The position numbers and the translations under genes were made by a program. The notes below the pieces were generated by a model. That model searched no databases, was not told the DNA's origin, and was given only the letters and a program-made list of their open reading frames with translations. DNA of 64,000 nt. Source: an uncultured delta proteobacterium. GTDB taxonomy: Bacteria > Desulfobacterota > Syntrophorhabdia > Syntrophorhabdales > WCHB1-27. Location of the stretch: assembly GCA_963750015.1 (NCBI GenBank), contig CAVVPU010000134.1, positions 7,137-71,136 of the forward strand. Direction: 5' to 3'. Of this stretch, positions 8,497 to 17,982 are shown one piece after another; within the stretch, counting starts at the first letter, position 1; every line of letters starts with the position of its first letter.

Positions 8497-10331
8497 GCGT
8501 CTTCTACCCGTGAGATTCGTTCAAGCGCCACCTGGGCGGCCGTCTTCAAGTCTTGGTCGGCGCTTTTTGTGTATGGCCGTATCTGAGCGACTGCCCCCTT
8601 GTCCTTCAACTCGGAAAGTGCCTTCAAGGCAGCTATCTTTATCAGATTGTCTTTTTCCTTCAATGCGCCCAGAAAGACTGAGAGCAGGGAGTGGTCGGCA
8701 AAAGCGCCGAGGGCAACCAGGGCGTAATACTTTGTCCAGAGCAGCTGAAGGGGATCGAGGGCAATGTCGAGTAGAAGCTGTCTGAACGCAGTCAGCTTCC
8801 TCTCACCGATCACTTTAAGCACTTCGTTCGGGATCTGCACGCCCGTCAATACAACGCGGAATAGTTCGAGATACTTTTCGTTGTCGACGAGGTTACCTAC
8901 TACGCGGGTCGCCGACTGACGGATTCTCTCATCCGGGTCGCTTATCAGCATACGGAGAAAAGGGAAATTCGTCTCGGCGTCCAGGTGGGCCGTGACGGAA
9001 AGGTAAACCTTTTTGTCCTCCGAGCTGCCTTCCTTGATAAAGCCCTCTATGGCGGTCAAAGCCATGGGCAAATCGAGGCGCAACAGCGCGAGGAGGGCTT
9101 TGATCCTCACGTCGGTGAAACCATTTCTTGCCATGAGAAGGATATCAGGCGACAATTCGGTAAGGGCAAGGGTCCCCGCGACCGCAACTGCGTCTGCCTG
9201 GACGTGGCCGTCCTCGTCGTTCATCGCCACGCGGATCACCCGGTACCCATCCCCGGGCAAGACCCTGCTGAGTTGCTTCATTATCTCCCTCTTCGTATCG
9301 AGGGGTGACGAGCAGAAGGTTTTAAGAAGAAGTTCCTCTTCGATGGGGCGACCCACGGCCGCGCAGGCCCTCACGAGGGGTATCACATACTCCTCTATGG
9401 AAAGGTATTGTTCCAAGTCGGGGATCCATACCTCTTCCAGCTCTATAAGAAGCTCCAGGACCCTTCCATAACTGTCCCCTTCGGGGTCCATATCTTTTAG
9501 AATGTCGAGCATGGCCCGGGCAGAATCCCGGTGCTTAAAGAACACGAGGAATTCCGCGACCTGGACGGACTTCTTCTTGTCGACCTCCAGAAAGTTCAGA
9601 AGATGCTGCAGCACATCGTTCCCCATTTTCTTCACGAGTCGCCGGAAGACCTCCTTGTCCCCCTGCTCGATGAGCACCTTCACGAAGATATCTTTCTTCT
9701 CCTTTTTCAGGCGATCGATGAAATCGATTATCTCCTCTATGGTCCCGCTTTCACGAAATGATATGAGCACTTCACAGGCGGCAAGGGACAATTCCTCTTC
9801 CCGGTTCCGAAATACATCGAGAAGAGCAGAAATCGCCTTTTTGTTTCCTATTTTGGCGAGGCTGTAGATTGCAGAGAAGGCTACCCATTCCTCCTGCTCC
9901 AGAACTTCGAGCAGCACATTGACCGCCCTTTCGTCGTCGAATCCCCCGAGAGCCGCGACGGCGGCATTCTTCACGTTCTCGTTGTCGTCATAGATCCGTT
10001 CGATGAGATACGGCAGAGACTCGGGAGCCTTCAGGGAGCTGAGCACTTCGCATCCGTAGACCCTTATGTCTTCGTTCTCGTGATAGAGGAGCTGGATAAC
10101 CGCCTCGATGCAGCAATGACCTATTTTCCGCAGGATGTCGAGGACGTCCATGCGCAAGGACGTATTCTTTTCGTCCAGGAGCCCTACGACCTGCTCGACC
10201 ACGGTCTTACTGGGCGCTGATATTATCTGCTCGATTATCTTCGCCCGTGTAAAATCATCCGACTCGCGGAGTGCGGCGACCAGTTTATGTCGTGTCTTCC
10301 TCTTCGTTCTTGTATTCTCAGCTTCTTCCAT
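8490..10331 (-). CDS. HEAT-repeat protein encoded within the che operon
   Basis: 613-aa helical protein with recurrent HEAT-like units (DDNENVKNAAVAALG, DPDERIRQSATRVVG, KDNLIKIAALKALS). Overlaps the cheR start by 7 nt. Confidence 0.75.
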   Translation of the reverse strand: MEEAENTRTKRKTRHKLVAALRESDDFTRAKIIEQIISAPSKTVVEQVVGLLDEKNTSLRMDVLDILRKIGHCCIEAVIQLLYHENEDIRVYGCEVLSSLKAPESLPYLIERIYDDNENVKNAAVAALGGFDDERAVNVLLEVLEQEEWVAFSAIYSLAKIGNKKAISALLDVFRNREEELSLAACEVLISFRESGTIEEIIDFIDRLKKEKKDIFVKVLIEQGDKEVFRRLVKKMGNDVLQHLLNFLEVDKKKSVQVAEFLVFFKHRDSARAMLDILKDMDPEGDSYGRVLELLIELEEVWIPDLEQYLSIEEYVIPLVRACAAVGRPIEEELLLKTFCSSPLDTKREIMKQLSRVLPGDGYRVIRVAMNDEDGHVQADAVAVAGTLALTELSPDILLMARNGFTDVRIKALLALLRLDLPMALTAIEGFIKEGSSEDKKVYLSVTAHLDAETNFPFLRMLISDPDERIRQSATRVVGNLVDNEKYLELFRVVLTGVQIPNEVLKVIGERKLTAFRQLLLDIALDPLQLLWTKYYALVALGAFADHSLLSVFLGALKEKDNLIKIAALKALSELKDKGAVAQIRPYTKSADQDLKTAAQVALERISRVEDAC

Positions 10332-10343
10332 CTTTTTGAGCCC

Positions 10344-11366
10344 TTATAGTATCTTCACTATCTCTTCCGGTATGCGCTCAGCCGGAAGGACCGCGTCGGC
10401 GAGGTGCGCGTTTACCACTGCCTTCGGCATGCCATAGACCACACACGTTTCTTCGTTCTGGGCTATCACGTACCCACCCTTGGATTTCAACTCGGTCATA
10501 CCAATGAGCCCGTCATTCCCCATGCCGGTCAGTATGAGCCCCACAGACCTTGATTCAAAAGCGGAAGCCGTAGAACTCATGAGCAGATCCACCGAGGGTC
10601 GATAGATATACTTATCGTCCTTAATGAATTCGACCGTCATGTGCCCTCGACCTTTCCTTACGGCAAGATGAGTGTCACCCGGTGCTATAAGGACCACTCC
10701 TGCCTGTAAGGGTTCCTTGTCTTCCGCCTCCTTCACGGTCACTTTCGATATCTTATCGAGTCTCTCCGAAAAAGACTGTGTGAAGAGCCTCGGCATATGT
10801 TGAGCAACCACTATCGGCACAGGAAATTCTTTTGGCAGGTGAGAGAGGATGTACTGAAGAACGGGAGGTCCACCGGTCGAGGCACCGATTGAAACTATTT
10901 CCCGCTTCACGGTGGAACGAGGATGAATCGCGACAGGCCTCTCCTGTGGCTTCAAGCCCCTCAGGAGCAGCCTCACCTTGTTCTTTGCGACATCCTTTAT
11001 TTTAGTGATCAATTCCTGCTGTTTGTCGGCAAGCAAGGAATTTGAGAAGTCTTTTGTCACGAAATCGCAGGCCCCCAGCGCGAGGGCGTCCATCGTAATG
11101 TCCGCGTGGTCTCGCGTCAGGGTGCTCATCATTATCACGGGAATAGGGTTGTTCGCCATGATATGCTTCAGGGCTTCTATACCGTCCATAACAGGCATCT
11201 CGATGTCAAGGGTCATCACGTCCGGTTTCAGGCTTTCGGCTTGCTCGATCGCCTCTCGGCCGTTTGCCGCCGTACCGATAACCTGTATGGCCGGATCCGC
11301 CTCCAATATCCTTGAGACGATCTTCGTCAATACCCGGGAGTCGTCGACCACGAGAACCTTTATCAT
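10344..11366 (-). CDS. cheB: chemotaxis methylesterase/response regulator CheB
   Basis: 340 aa. REC (KVLVVDDS, MTLDIEMPVMDG) plus a methylesterase domain (GASTGGP, AQHMP, GMGNDG). Confidence 0.93.
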   Translation of the reverse strand: MIKVLVVDDSRVLTKIVSRILEADPAIQVIGTAANGREAIEQAESLKPDVMTLDIEMPVMDGIEALKHIMANNPIPVIMMSTLTRDHADITMDALALGACDFVTKDFSNSLLADKQQELITKIKDVAKNKVRLLLRGLKPQERPVAIHPRSTVKREIVSIGASTGGPPVLQYILSHLPKEFPVPIVVAQHMPRLFTQSFSERLDKISKVTVKEAEDKEPLQAGVVLIAPGDTHLAVRKGRGHMTVEFIKDDKYIYRPSVDLLMSSTASAFESRSVGLILTGMGNDGLIGMTELKSKGGYVIAQNEETCVVYGMPKAVVNAHLADAVLPAERIPEEIVKIL

Positions 11367-12229
11367 GCTTCTCCCTTTCCGGTCTCTGCAGGGGTACCGA
11401 TCCTTCTCAGCTGATCGTAGGCGTTCTCAAAAAGTTCCACATGGGCCTTCAGCAGGTATCTGGCGGGCATCTCCATTTGCAGCATATTCCGCTGCTTTTC
11501 GAAGAATGATTGAAAATCGACCAGGTCATTTTCGAAATCGATCTGTTTTGCGAGGCAGTTGGCGAGCCACGTAATGTAAGGGCTCTCCTTCTCCTCAATC
11601 TTTTCGGGGCTATGATGAAGTCTCACGCTCTCAACGATGTCTTGTGGTATGTCCCACCCCTCGAGTAGAAGGGCGCCTATGTGCGCATGGTCTACTGAGA
11701 AGACCTTTCTTTCCGCCTCGAGCCTCGACAGCCCGTCATTTTCCATAAGGGCGCCTATCTGCCCCGACTCCTCTTTGAAATACTGGTAGATGACGATAAA
11801 CCCGATATCGTGCAGCACACCGCTGACATAGACCGTATCCTGATTCCCCATATCGAATATGGAACTGACGGTCCTGGCAAGAATGCCGCAGGAGAGGGAA
11901 TGACGCATGAAACCTTTACGGTCGAACAGAGAGTCGCCTCCGATCATAGACAGGAAGGGCATCTGCAGGACGATCGAAGAGAGCCCGGTATACCCTATCG
12001 CCGCAACCGCCTGTTCGACGGTCCCTATGGCCCGGAAATTCCTTCTGCCGAAATAGGCGCTGTTCGCGACCTTCAGGACCTCACCCGTCAAGGACGGGTC
12101 CATGTGACGCACCAGGTCCGATGCCGAACTTTTCGGGTCGGACAGGATGCCCATGATCTCCCCTACCATAGCGGGAAAGGTTGGAAGGAATTCGATCAGT
12201 TTCAGTCTGTCTGTGATGTGAGCAATCAT
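11363..12229 (-). CDS. HDOD domain protein
   Basis: 288 aa. HDOD-type N-terminus (LPTFPAMVGEIMGILSDPKSSASDLVRHMDPSLTGEVLKVANSAYFG) and an HD-like VLHDIG. Overlaps the cheB start. Confidence 0.8.
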   Translation of the reverse strand: MIAHITDRLKLIEFLPTFPAMVGEIMGILSDPKSSASDLVRHMDPSLTGEVLKVANSAYFGRRNFRAIGTVEQAVAAIGYTGLSSIVLQMPFLSMIGGDSLFDRKGFMRHSLSCGILARTVSSIFDMGNQDTVYVSGVLHDIGFIVIYQYFKEESGQIGALMENDGLSRLEAERKVFSVDHAHIGALLLEGWDIPQDIVESVRLHHSPEKIEEKESPYITWLANCLAKQIDFENDLVDFQSFFEKQRNMLQMEMPARYLLKAHVELFENAYDQLRRIGTPAETGKGEA

Positions 12230-12243
12230 CCTTACCTTTCAGT

Positions 12244-12272
12244 GTTATCGGTCCTCAAAAACATAAACTTTA
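12244..12272 (-). promoter_or_regulatory. sigma-28 (FliA) type promoter upstream of the HDOD-cheB...cheA operon
   Basis: Minus strand TAAAGTTT-N12-ACCGATAA, close to TAAAGTTT-N11-GCCGATAA. The TAA of the -35 element is the fliA stop codon. Confidence 0.6.
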
Positions 12273-13010
12273 GGGTTTGAAGTGTCGCTGCATTGAGGGC
12301 CTCAAACTCACGATCGCCTGGGCATGAATCTGGCAGACACGCGCCTCCGTCACCCCTAGTGTTTTGGCTATTTCCTTCATATTCATGTCCTCGTGATAGT
12401 ATAGGCTCAGCACTATCCTCTGTTTCTCCGGCAGCTTTTCCATCTCTTCAGCGAGTATTCTCTCCAACTCGTAAAATTCCGCATATTTCTCCGGATTCTC
12501 ATCATCATCGAGCACGTAACCTATGATCTTGTCACGGCTCTCTCCGGAATTCTCGCTCATATCCTCTATGCTCACGACCGAAAGGTTCCCGCAACTTCTG
12601 AGCATCGAAAGATATTCGCCGAGGTCCATGTTGAGGGCTTCGGCTATCTCCTCTTCCTCGGGGTACCTGCCCAGCTCATGCTCGAGTTTCCTCATCACTT
12701 CCTGAATTCTCTTTGCCTTGGCCCTCGCACTCCTCGGGAACCAATCGCGACATCTCAATTCGTCGATCATGGCCCCTCGTATCCTGAGATAGGCAAAGGT
12801 ATTCAGCTTAGCTCCTCTGGTGGAGTCGTATTTCTCCATAACCTCCAGAAGTCCGATAATTCCCGCTGAAATCAGGTCGTCTATGAGATTCTCATTCTCA
12901 AAGCCCCGGGCAACCTTATAGGCCAGGTGCTTGATGACGGGCAGGAATTCTTCTACGGTCTTTTCCCTTGCTGATTTGTCGAGTTTTTTATAGGCGTTAT
13001 TCAGCATCAT
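12270..13010 (-). CDS. fliA: flagellar sigma factor FliA (sigma-28)
   Basis: 246-aa sigma-70 family protein. Region 2 (DLISAGIIGLLEVMEKYD) and a region 4 HTH (NMKEIAKTLGVTEARVCQIHAQA). Lies after flhG. Confidence 0.92.
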   Translation of the reverse strand: MMLNNAYKKLDKSAREKTVEEFLPVIKHLAYKVARGFENENLIDDLISAGIIGLLEVMEKYDSTRGAKLNTFAYLRIRGAMIDELRCRDWFPRSARAKAKRIQEVMRKLEHELGRYPEEEEIAEALNMDLGEYLSMLRSCGNLSVVSIEDMSENSGESRDKIIGYVLDDDENPEKYAEFYELERILAEEMEKLPEKQRIVLSLYYHEDMNMKEIAKTLGVTEARVCQIHAQAIVSLRPSMQRHFKP

Positions 13011-13777
13011 ATTACCAATCTATCGCATATTTTTGAGAGGGCTTTAGTCGCAGACGTATCGGGAAAGTGCTCGGCCCACAGCTTTTGTCTCTTCGTTGCA
13101 GCGCTTATATTACTGTCCGCCGGGATGTAACCGGCGAAGTTAAGATAGACGTCAAGAAAGCGATCGGTCACCATGACTATTTTCGAGAATATTTCGAGCC
13201 CTTCTTTTTCGTCCTTTACCACGTTCGCTATGACGTTGAAGTTCTTCTGACCCGTCTTCTTGCGCAGGGCCTTTATGACTGCGTAAGAGTCGGTCAGACT
13301 CGCGGGGTCCGGGGTGATGACGATAAACACGTCCTCACTGATCGCGTTGAAATAGACCACGTTGGAAGAAAGCCCCGCAGACGTATCGACGATGAGAAAA
13401 TCGTAATCGGGGAGTTCCCTGAAGGAGGAGAGAAGTATTTGACGCTCCTCGATGCTGAGGTTGGAGAATTCTGCGACTCCTGAAGTCGCGGGTATAATCT
13501 TTATTCCGAAGGGTCCTTCGATAACCACGTCCGTTATGCACTTCTTCCCTTCGATCAGATCCCGGACGTTGAATTTGGGCACCACTCCGAACATGATGTC
13601 GATATTGCCCAGGGAGAGGTCAGCGTCGAATATGTAGGTTTGCTCACCTCTACTGCTCAATATGTACGCCATGTTGGAGACAATGGAGGATTTGCCGACC
13701 CCTCCCTTGCCGCTGGTGACTGCTATGATCCTTCTCTTCCCCGCCATTGATTTCGCCTCAGACAGTGATTGATTCAC
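13007..13777 (-). CDS. flhG: MinD/ParA-type flagellar number regulator FlhG (FleN/YlxH)
   Basis: 256 aa with a deviant Walker A (TSGKGGVGKS). Lies between flhA and fliA and overlaps the fliA start. Confidence 0.88.
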   Translation of the reverse strand: MNQSLSEAKSMAGKRRIIAVTSGKGGVGKSSIVSNMAYILSSRGEQTYIFDADLSLGNIDIMFGVVPKFNVRDLIEGKKCITDVVIEGPFGIKIIPATSGVAEFSNLSIEERQILLSSFRELPDYDFLIVDTSAGLSSNVVYFNAISEDVFIVITPDPASLTDSYAVIKALRKKTGQKNFNVIANVVKDEKEGLEIFSKIVMVTDRFLDVYLNFAGYIPADSNISAATKRQKLWAEHFPDTSATKALSKICDRLVI

Positions 13778-13810
13778 CCTTGCACCTCAACCTTAAATTG
13801 ACCGACCGCT

Positions 13811-15868
13811 TTATTCGCCATCTATTTTCACCATACCCACTGACTGTATCTTTATTTGAGGAGGTATCTCGTTATGGGAGATAACCGTAAGACCCTGAAT
13901 ATATCTCTCGAGAAACTTCCTCAGCTTTCCTCTTATCACAGGGTGTACAAGCAACACCGGTTGAAGATTCCTGACCGTTACTCTTTTTGCCTCTTCCCCT
14001 ATCTTCTCTATCAACCGTTGACTCGTCGGGAGGTCCAGGGCAAGAAAACTGCCCTGTTCCGAGGTCTGGAGGCTTCCGATCACCTTCTCTTCAAGGGACT
14101 TCTCCAGAAGAAGTATGTTGAGTATGCCGTCGACCAGATAGGGTTTCAGGATACTCCGGGCCATCCTCTGCCTGACATATTCGGTTATCACGTCAGGGTC
14201 CTTGATGGAAGAAGAACAATCGGCGATGGCCTCGAGTATGGTGACGAGGTCCCTTATCGAAACCTGCTCTCTCAACAGGTTCTGAAGGACCTTTTGCACA
14301 GAGCCCATGTTGATCTGGTTCTGAGTAATCTCCTCGATGACCTTCTGGTGGACCGAAGCTATGGAATCGATAAGCTTTTGCGTTTCCCTTCTTGTGAGAA
14401 GCTCATGGGCATTGTTCCGCACGATTTCAGTCAAGTGAGTGGCAATGATCGTGGGGTGGTCGACGATTGTGATGCCCTGAGCCACATACTTTTCCCGGCT
14501 TGAGTCCTTAACCCAGTATGCTTCAAGATTGAAGACCGGTTCGCGCGTGGGTATGCTGTCGGCCGGCTTTTCGTTTCCATCGGGGCTCATGGCAAGAACG
14601 TGACCCAACATAAGCTCTCCCCTACCCACTTCTATACCTTTGAGTTGAATTACATACTCTCCTGCCTTCAATTGGAGGTTATCCTTGAGCTTCATGGGAG
14701 GCACGACTATCCCAAGGTCCCCGGCGACCTGTTTCCGTATGGCCCTTATTTTATCAAGCAGTTCTCCCCCTTGTTCGGCATCAACTATAGGAATAAGGGC
14801 ATAGCCGATCTCAAGCTCGAGGATCTCGAGGGGCTGGACCACTTCTTCTTTGCTCTTTTCCTGCTCGTGCGGCTTTTCTATAGGAAGCGCCTCTTCCTTC
14901 TTTGCCTTGTAGACAAGGTAGCTTGCGGCAAAGGTCATGGATGAGAGGACCATGAACGGCATGAGAGGCATGCCGGGCACGAGCCCTATGCCCATTATGA
15001 TAATGGAGGCGAGCATGACCGCTTTTGGCTGCGTAAGCACCTGGTTAACGACGTCCTTCCCCAGGTTCGAGGTGCTCGCGGCACGGGTGACTATGATACC
15101 TGCCGCCGTGGAGGTGATCAGCGCCGGTATCTGGCTGACGAGACCTTCACCGATGGTAAGAATGGTGTATACACCCAACGCCTCGCTGAGAGGCATGCCT
15201 TTTTGGAGTACGCCTATGGCGAGGCCACCCAGAATGTTCACGAAGACGATGATAATGCCTGCTATGGCGTCCCCTCTTACAAACTTGCTGGCGCCGTCCA
15301 TCGACCCATAGAAGTCTGCTTCTATCTCTATGGACTCTCTGCGCTTTCGCGCGGTCGCGTCGTCGATCAAACCAGCATTGAGGTCTGCGTCGATGCTCAT
15401 CTGTTTGCCGGGCATGGCGTCGAGGGTAAACCTGGCAGCTACTTCAGCGACCCTGCCTGCGCCTTTGGTGATGACCACAAAGTTGATGATGATGAGGATG
15501 AGAAACACGACAACGCCGACAACATAGTTCCCGCCGACGATGAAAGTGCCGAAGGCCTTGATCAACCTGCCTGCCGCCTGGGATCCCTCATCTCCGTGAA
15601 GCAGGATGAGACGGGTGGAAGCTATGTTAAGAGAAAGCCTGAAAAGGGTCGTAATGAGAAGCACTGAAGGAAACACGGAAAAATCCAGGGGCCTCTGTAT
15701 GTACATGCCTATGAAAAGAATCAAGAGGGAGATGGAGATGCTCACCGTAAGAAACAGGTCGGCAAGGATCGGGCTCAAGGGCATGATCATGATCAGTATG
15801 ACAAAGACGACGCTGAGGGCTACGACTACATCGCCCTTCTCGCGAAGCTCTGCGAGAACCCTTTCCAT
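13811..15868 (-). CDS. flhA: flagellar export gate protein FlhA
   Basis: 685-aa FHIPEP family protein. Polytopic N-terminus, FTLDAMPGKQMSIDADL motif and a large cytoplasmic C-domain. Confidence 0.96.
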   Translation of the reverse strand: MERVLAELREKGDVVVALSVVFVILIMIMPLSPILADLFLTVSISISLLILFIGMYIQRPLDFSVFPSVLLITTLFRLSLNIASTRLILLHGDEGSQAAGRLIKAFGTFIVGGNYVVGVVVFLILIIINFVVITKGAGRVAEVAARFTLDAMPGKQMSIDADLNAGLIDDATARKRRESIEIEADFYGSMDGASKFVRGDAIAGIIIVFVNILGGLAIGVLQKGMPLSEALGVYTILTIGEGLVSQIPALITSTAAGIIVTRAASTSNLGKDVVNQVLTQPKAVMLASIIIMGIGLVPGMPLMPFMVLSSMTFAASYLVYKAKKEEALPIEKPHEQEKSKEEVVQPLEILELEIGYALIPIVDAEQGGELLDKIRAIRKQVAGDLGIVVPPMKLKDNLQLKAGEYVIQLKGIEVGRGELMLGHVLAMSPDGNEKPADSIPTREPVFNLEAYWVKDSSREKYVAQGITIVDHPTIIATHLTEIVRNNAHELLTRRETQKLIDSIASVHQKVIEEITQNQINMGSVQKVLQNLLREQVSIRDLVTILEAIADCSSSIKDPDVITEYVRQRMARSILKPYLVDGILNILLLEKSLEEKVIGSLQTSEQGSFLALDLPTSQRLIEKIGEEAKRVTVRNLQPVLLVHPVIRGKLRKFLERYIQGLTVISHNEIPPQIKIQSVGMVKIDGE

Positions 15869-16932
15869 TACAGTTTCACCCTGCTCCTTCTCTTGTAAAC
15901 CTGAGCCAACAGCTCAGCGACGATCACGTAGAAGTTTTCCGGTATATACTCACCCACCTTTACCGCATCGAAGAGGGCCCTGGCTACCGGTTTGTTCTCT
16001 ACTATTGAGACCCCGTGCAACCTGGCCATCTCCTTTATCTTTTCTGCTATGAAGCCCGCTCCTTTGGCCACTATCTTGGGGGCAGGCATATTCCCCGCCA
16101 CATACTTGATGGCCACGGCATACGTGGTGGGGTTCGTGACAACCACATCTGCCTTCTTCACATCCTCCATCATCCTTCGCCGCGCCATGCCCCTCTGGAG
16201 GCTCCTTATCCTTGACTTGATAAGAGGATTACCGTCCCGCTCCTTAGCCTCTTCCTTCACCTCCTGCTGCGTCATCATGAGGTCTTTCTTCTGTTGCCAT
16301 CGTTGCCTCAGGTAATCGAGACCGGCAATGAAGAGAAACATCGTCCCGACCTTGACGGCGAGGCTGAAGCATTCTCGTGCAATGAAAAGAACCACGGAGG
16401 CGGCGTCCTGGTCGGCGAGGGCAAGTATGACGGGCAGTTCTTTCATGATGAGTGAATAAAGAATGTAGCCAAGAACGGTTATCTTGACGAGGGCCTTGAT
16501 GAGCTCGAAAAGGGATTTCTTCGAAAGCATCCTCTTAATCCCGTTCGCCGGATTGAGGGCGTCCAGTTTCGGGGCCATCGCCTCGAAGCTCCACATGAAG
16601 CCCGTCTGCACAAAAGACGAGAAGACTCCGAGAACGATGAGCAAACCAAAGATAGGCGCTACCATGACGAGAAACTCGCGTACCCCGACGGCAAGAATCG
16701 GCTGCACGCTCGAGGAGGTCAGCTCGAGGTTGAGGTTCAGGATATAGTTCGTGTAAACGCCGAACATCGCGCTGAAGCCCTTGGATATGGAATAGTAGAG
16801 AAATATGGACAGAAAAAGGATGATGAAACAGGAGGCAAGCTCAGGAGACTGGGCTACCTGGCCCTTCTTCCGGGCATCTTCGAGCCGCTTATCGGTGGGC
16901 TGTTCGGTTTTTTCCTGAAAACTGTCAGCCAT
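15868..16932 (-). CDS. flhB: flagellar export switch protein FlhB
   Basis: 354 aa. N-terminal EKTEQPTDKRLEDARKKGQV, four TM segments, autocleavage region VVVTNPTTYAVAIKY. Confidence 0.95.
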   Translation of the reverse strand: MADSFQEKTEQPTDKRLEDARKKGQVAQSPELASCFIILFLSIFLYYSISKGFSAMFGVYTNYILNLNLELTSSSVQPILAVGVREFLVMVAPIFGLLIVLGVFSSFVQTGFMWSFEAMAPKLDALNPANGIKRMLSKKSLFELIKALVKITVLGYILYSLIMKELPVILALADQDAASVVLFIARECFSLAVKVGTMFLFIAGLDYLRQRWQQKKDLMMTQQEVKEEAKERDGNPLIKSRIRSLQRGMARRRMMEDVKKADVVVTNPTTYAVAIKYVAGNMPAPKIVAKGAGFIAEKIKEMARLHGVSIVENKPVARALFDAVKVGEYIPENFYVIVAELLAQVYKRRSRVKL

Positions 16933-16935
16933 CCC

Positions 16936-17700
16936 TCACCCCATGAACCGAATGATTCTCAAAATGTCCGTATCCATGCCCCTGAAGACCCCGGCAATTA
17001 CGGGGACTATCAGATTCAGCGAGATCGCAAGCATGGAAACAGTGACGAGGATCTTTATGGAAGCTCCTTCGACGAGCACGTTTACCTGGGGAATCATCCG
17101 GGCGAGCATTCCCAGCCCGAGATCGACGAGAAACAGAGTTACCACTACCGGCGCGAGGATCTTCAGGCTCGCGGCAAAGAGTTGCCCCGTTGCCCCGACA
17201 AGGAATTGGACGAGCTCCGGCTTGATCGCTACGGCTCCCGGCGGTACTTCTTTCAAGGTGACGGCAAGGGCTTTGAGAACCGCGTGGTGACCGTCGATCC
17301 CTAAAAAGATCATGGTGGTAAGCATACCTTGGAATTGTTCGAGAACAGTCCCGGCGGTCCCCAAGGCGGGATCCATGGTACGCGCAAAGGAGAGTCCCGA
17401 CTGCATGGAGACCAGTTGGGCCCCGGCATTCACGATGGCAAAGAGCAGCATGACGAAGAACCCTATGGCGAGCCCTATGAGGACCTCTTTCCCGATAAAA
17501 AGAAGAAGAAGATAAGGGTCCCCGTGAAGATCCGGCGCCGAGACGGACTGATAGAGCAGAAAGGCAATGACGAGGGACAGGGCGGCCTTGTAGCCCGCCG
17601 CAATGGTTCTCGACTGAAAGATAGGAAGAAGCCAGAGCATGGAAAGGGTCCTGAAGAAGACAAAAAGCAGCTTCTCAACCTCGAGATTGATGTTTATCAA
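16936..17700 (-). CDS. fliR: flagellar export apparatus protein FliR
   Basis: 254-aa polytopic membrane protein in the fliQ-fliR-flhB slot. Confidence 0.9.
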   Translation of the reverse strand: MININLEVEKLLFVFFRTLSMLWLLPIFQSRTIAAGYKAALSLVIAFLLYQSVSAPDLHGDPYLLLLFIGKEVLIGLAIGFFVMLLFAIVNAGAQLVSMQSGLSFARTMDPALGTAGTVLEQFQGMLTTMIFLGIDGHHAVLKALAVTLKEVPPGAVAIKPELVQFLVGATGQLFAASLKILAPVVVTLFLVDLGLGMLARMIPQVNVLVEGASIKILVTVSMLAISLNLIVPVIAGVFRGMDTDILRIIRFMG

Positions 17701-17704
17701 ATCC

Positions 17705-17974
17705 TCACCTCACATAGACCGGAATATTGGAGATGATGGATATGGTGAAGGTCATAAGCACATTGATTATCCAGGGAGAAAGAACCATGAGACAAGCAAC
17801 GATGACCAACATCTTGGGGACGAAGGTGAGGCTCATCTCGTGAATCTGGGTAGCGGCCTGGAAAATGCTTACGAGCAGGCCCACGACGATTGCGCAAATG
17901 AGCATGGGGGCAGACACCAGAAGTGCCGTTTTCAAACAGTCCCTGAATATTTGAAGCACGAGGTCTTGGCTCAT
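17705..17974 (-). CDS. fliQ: flagellar export apparatus protein FliQ
   Basis: 89-aa protein with two TM segments, between fliP and fliR. Confidence 0.9.
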   Translation of the reverse strand: MSQDLVLQIFRDCLKTALLVSAPMLICAIVVGLLVSIFQAATQIHEMSLTFVPKMLVIVACLMVLSPWIINVLMTFTISIISNIPVYVR

Positions 17975-17982
17975 CTTCTCCC

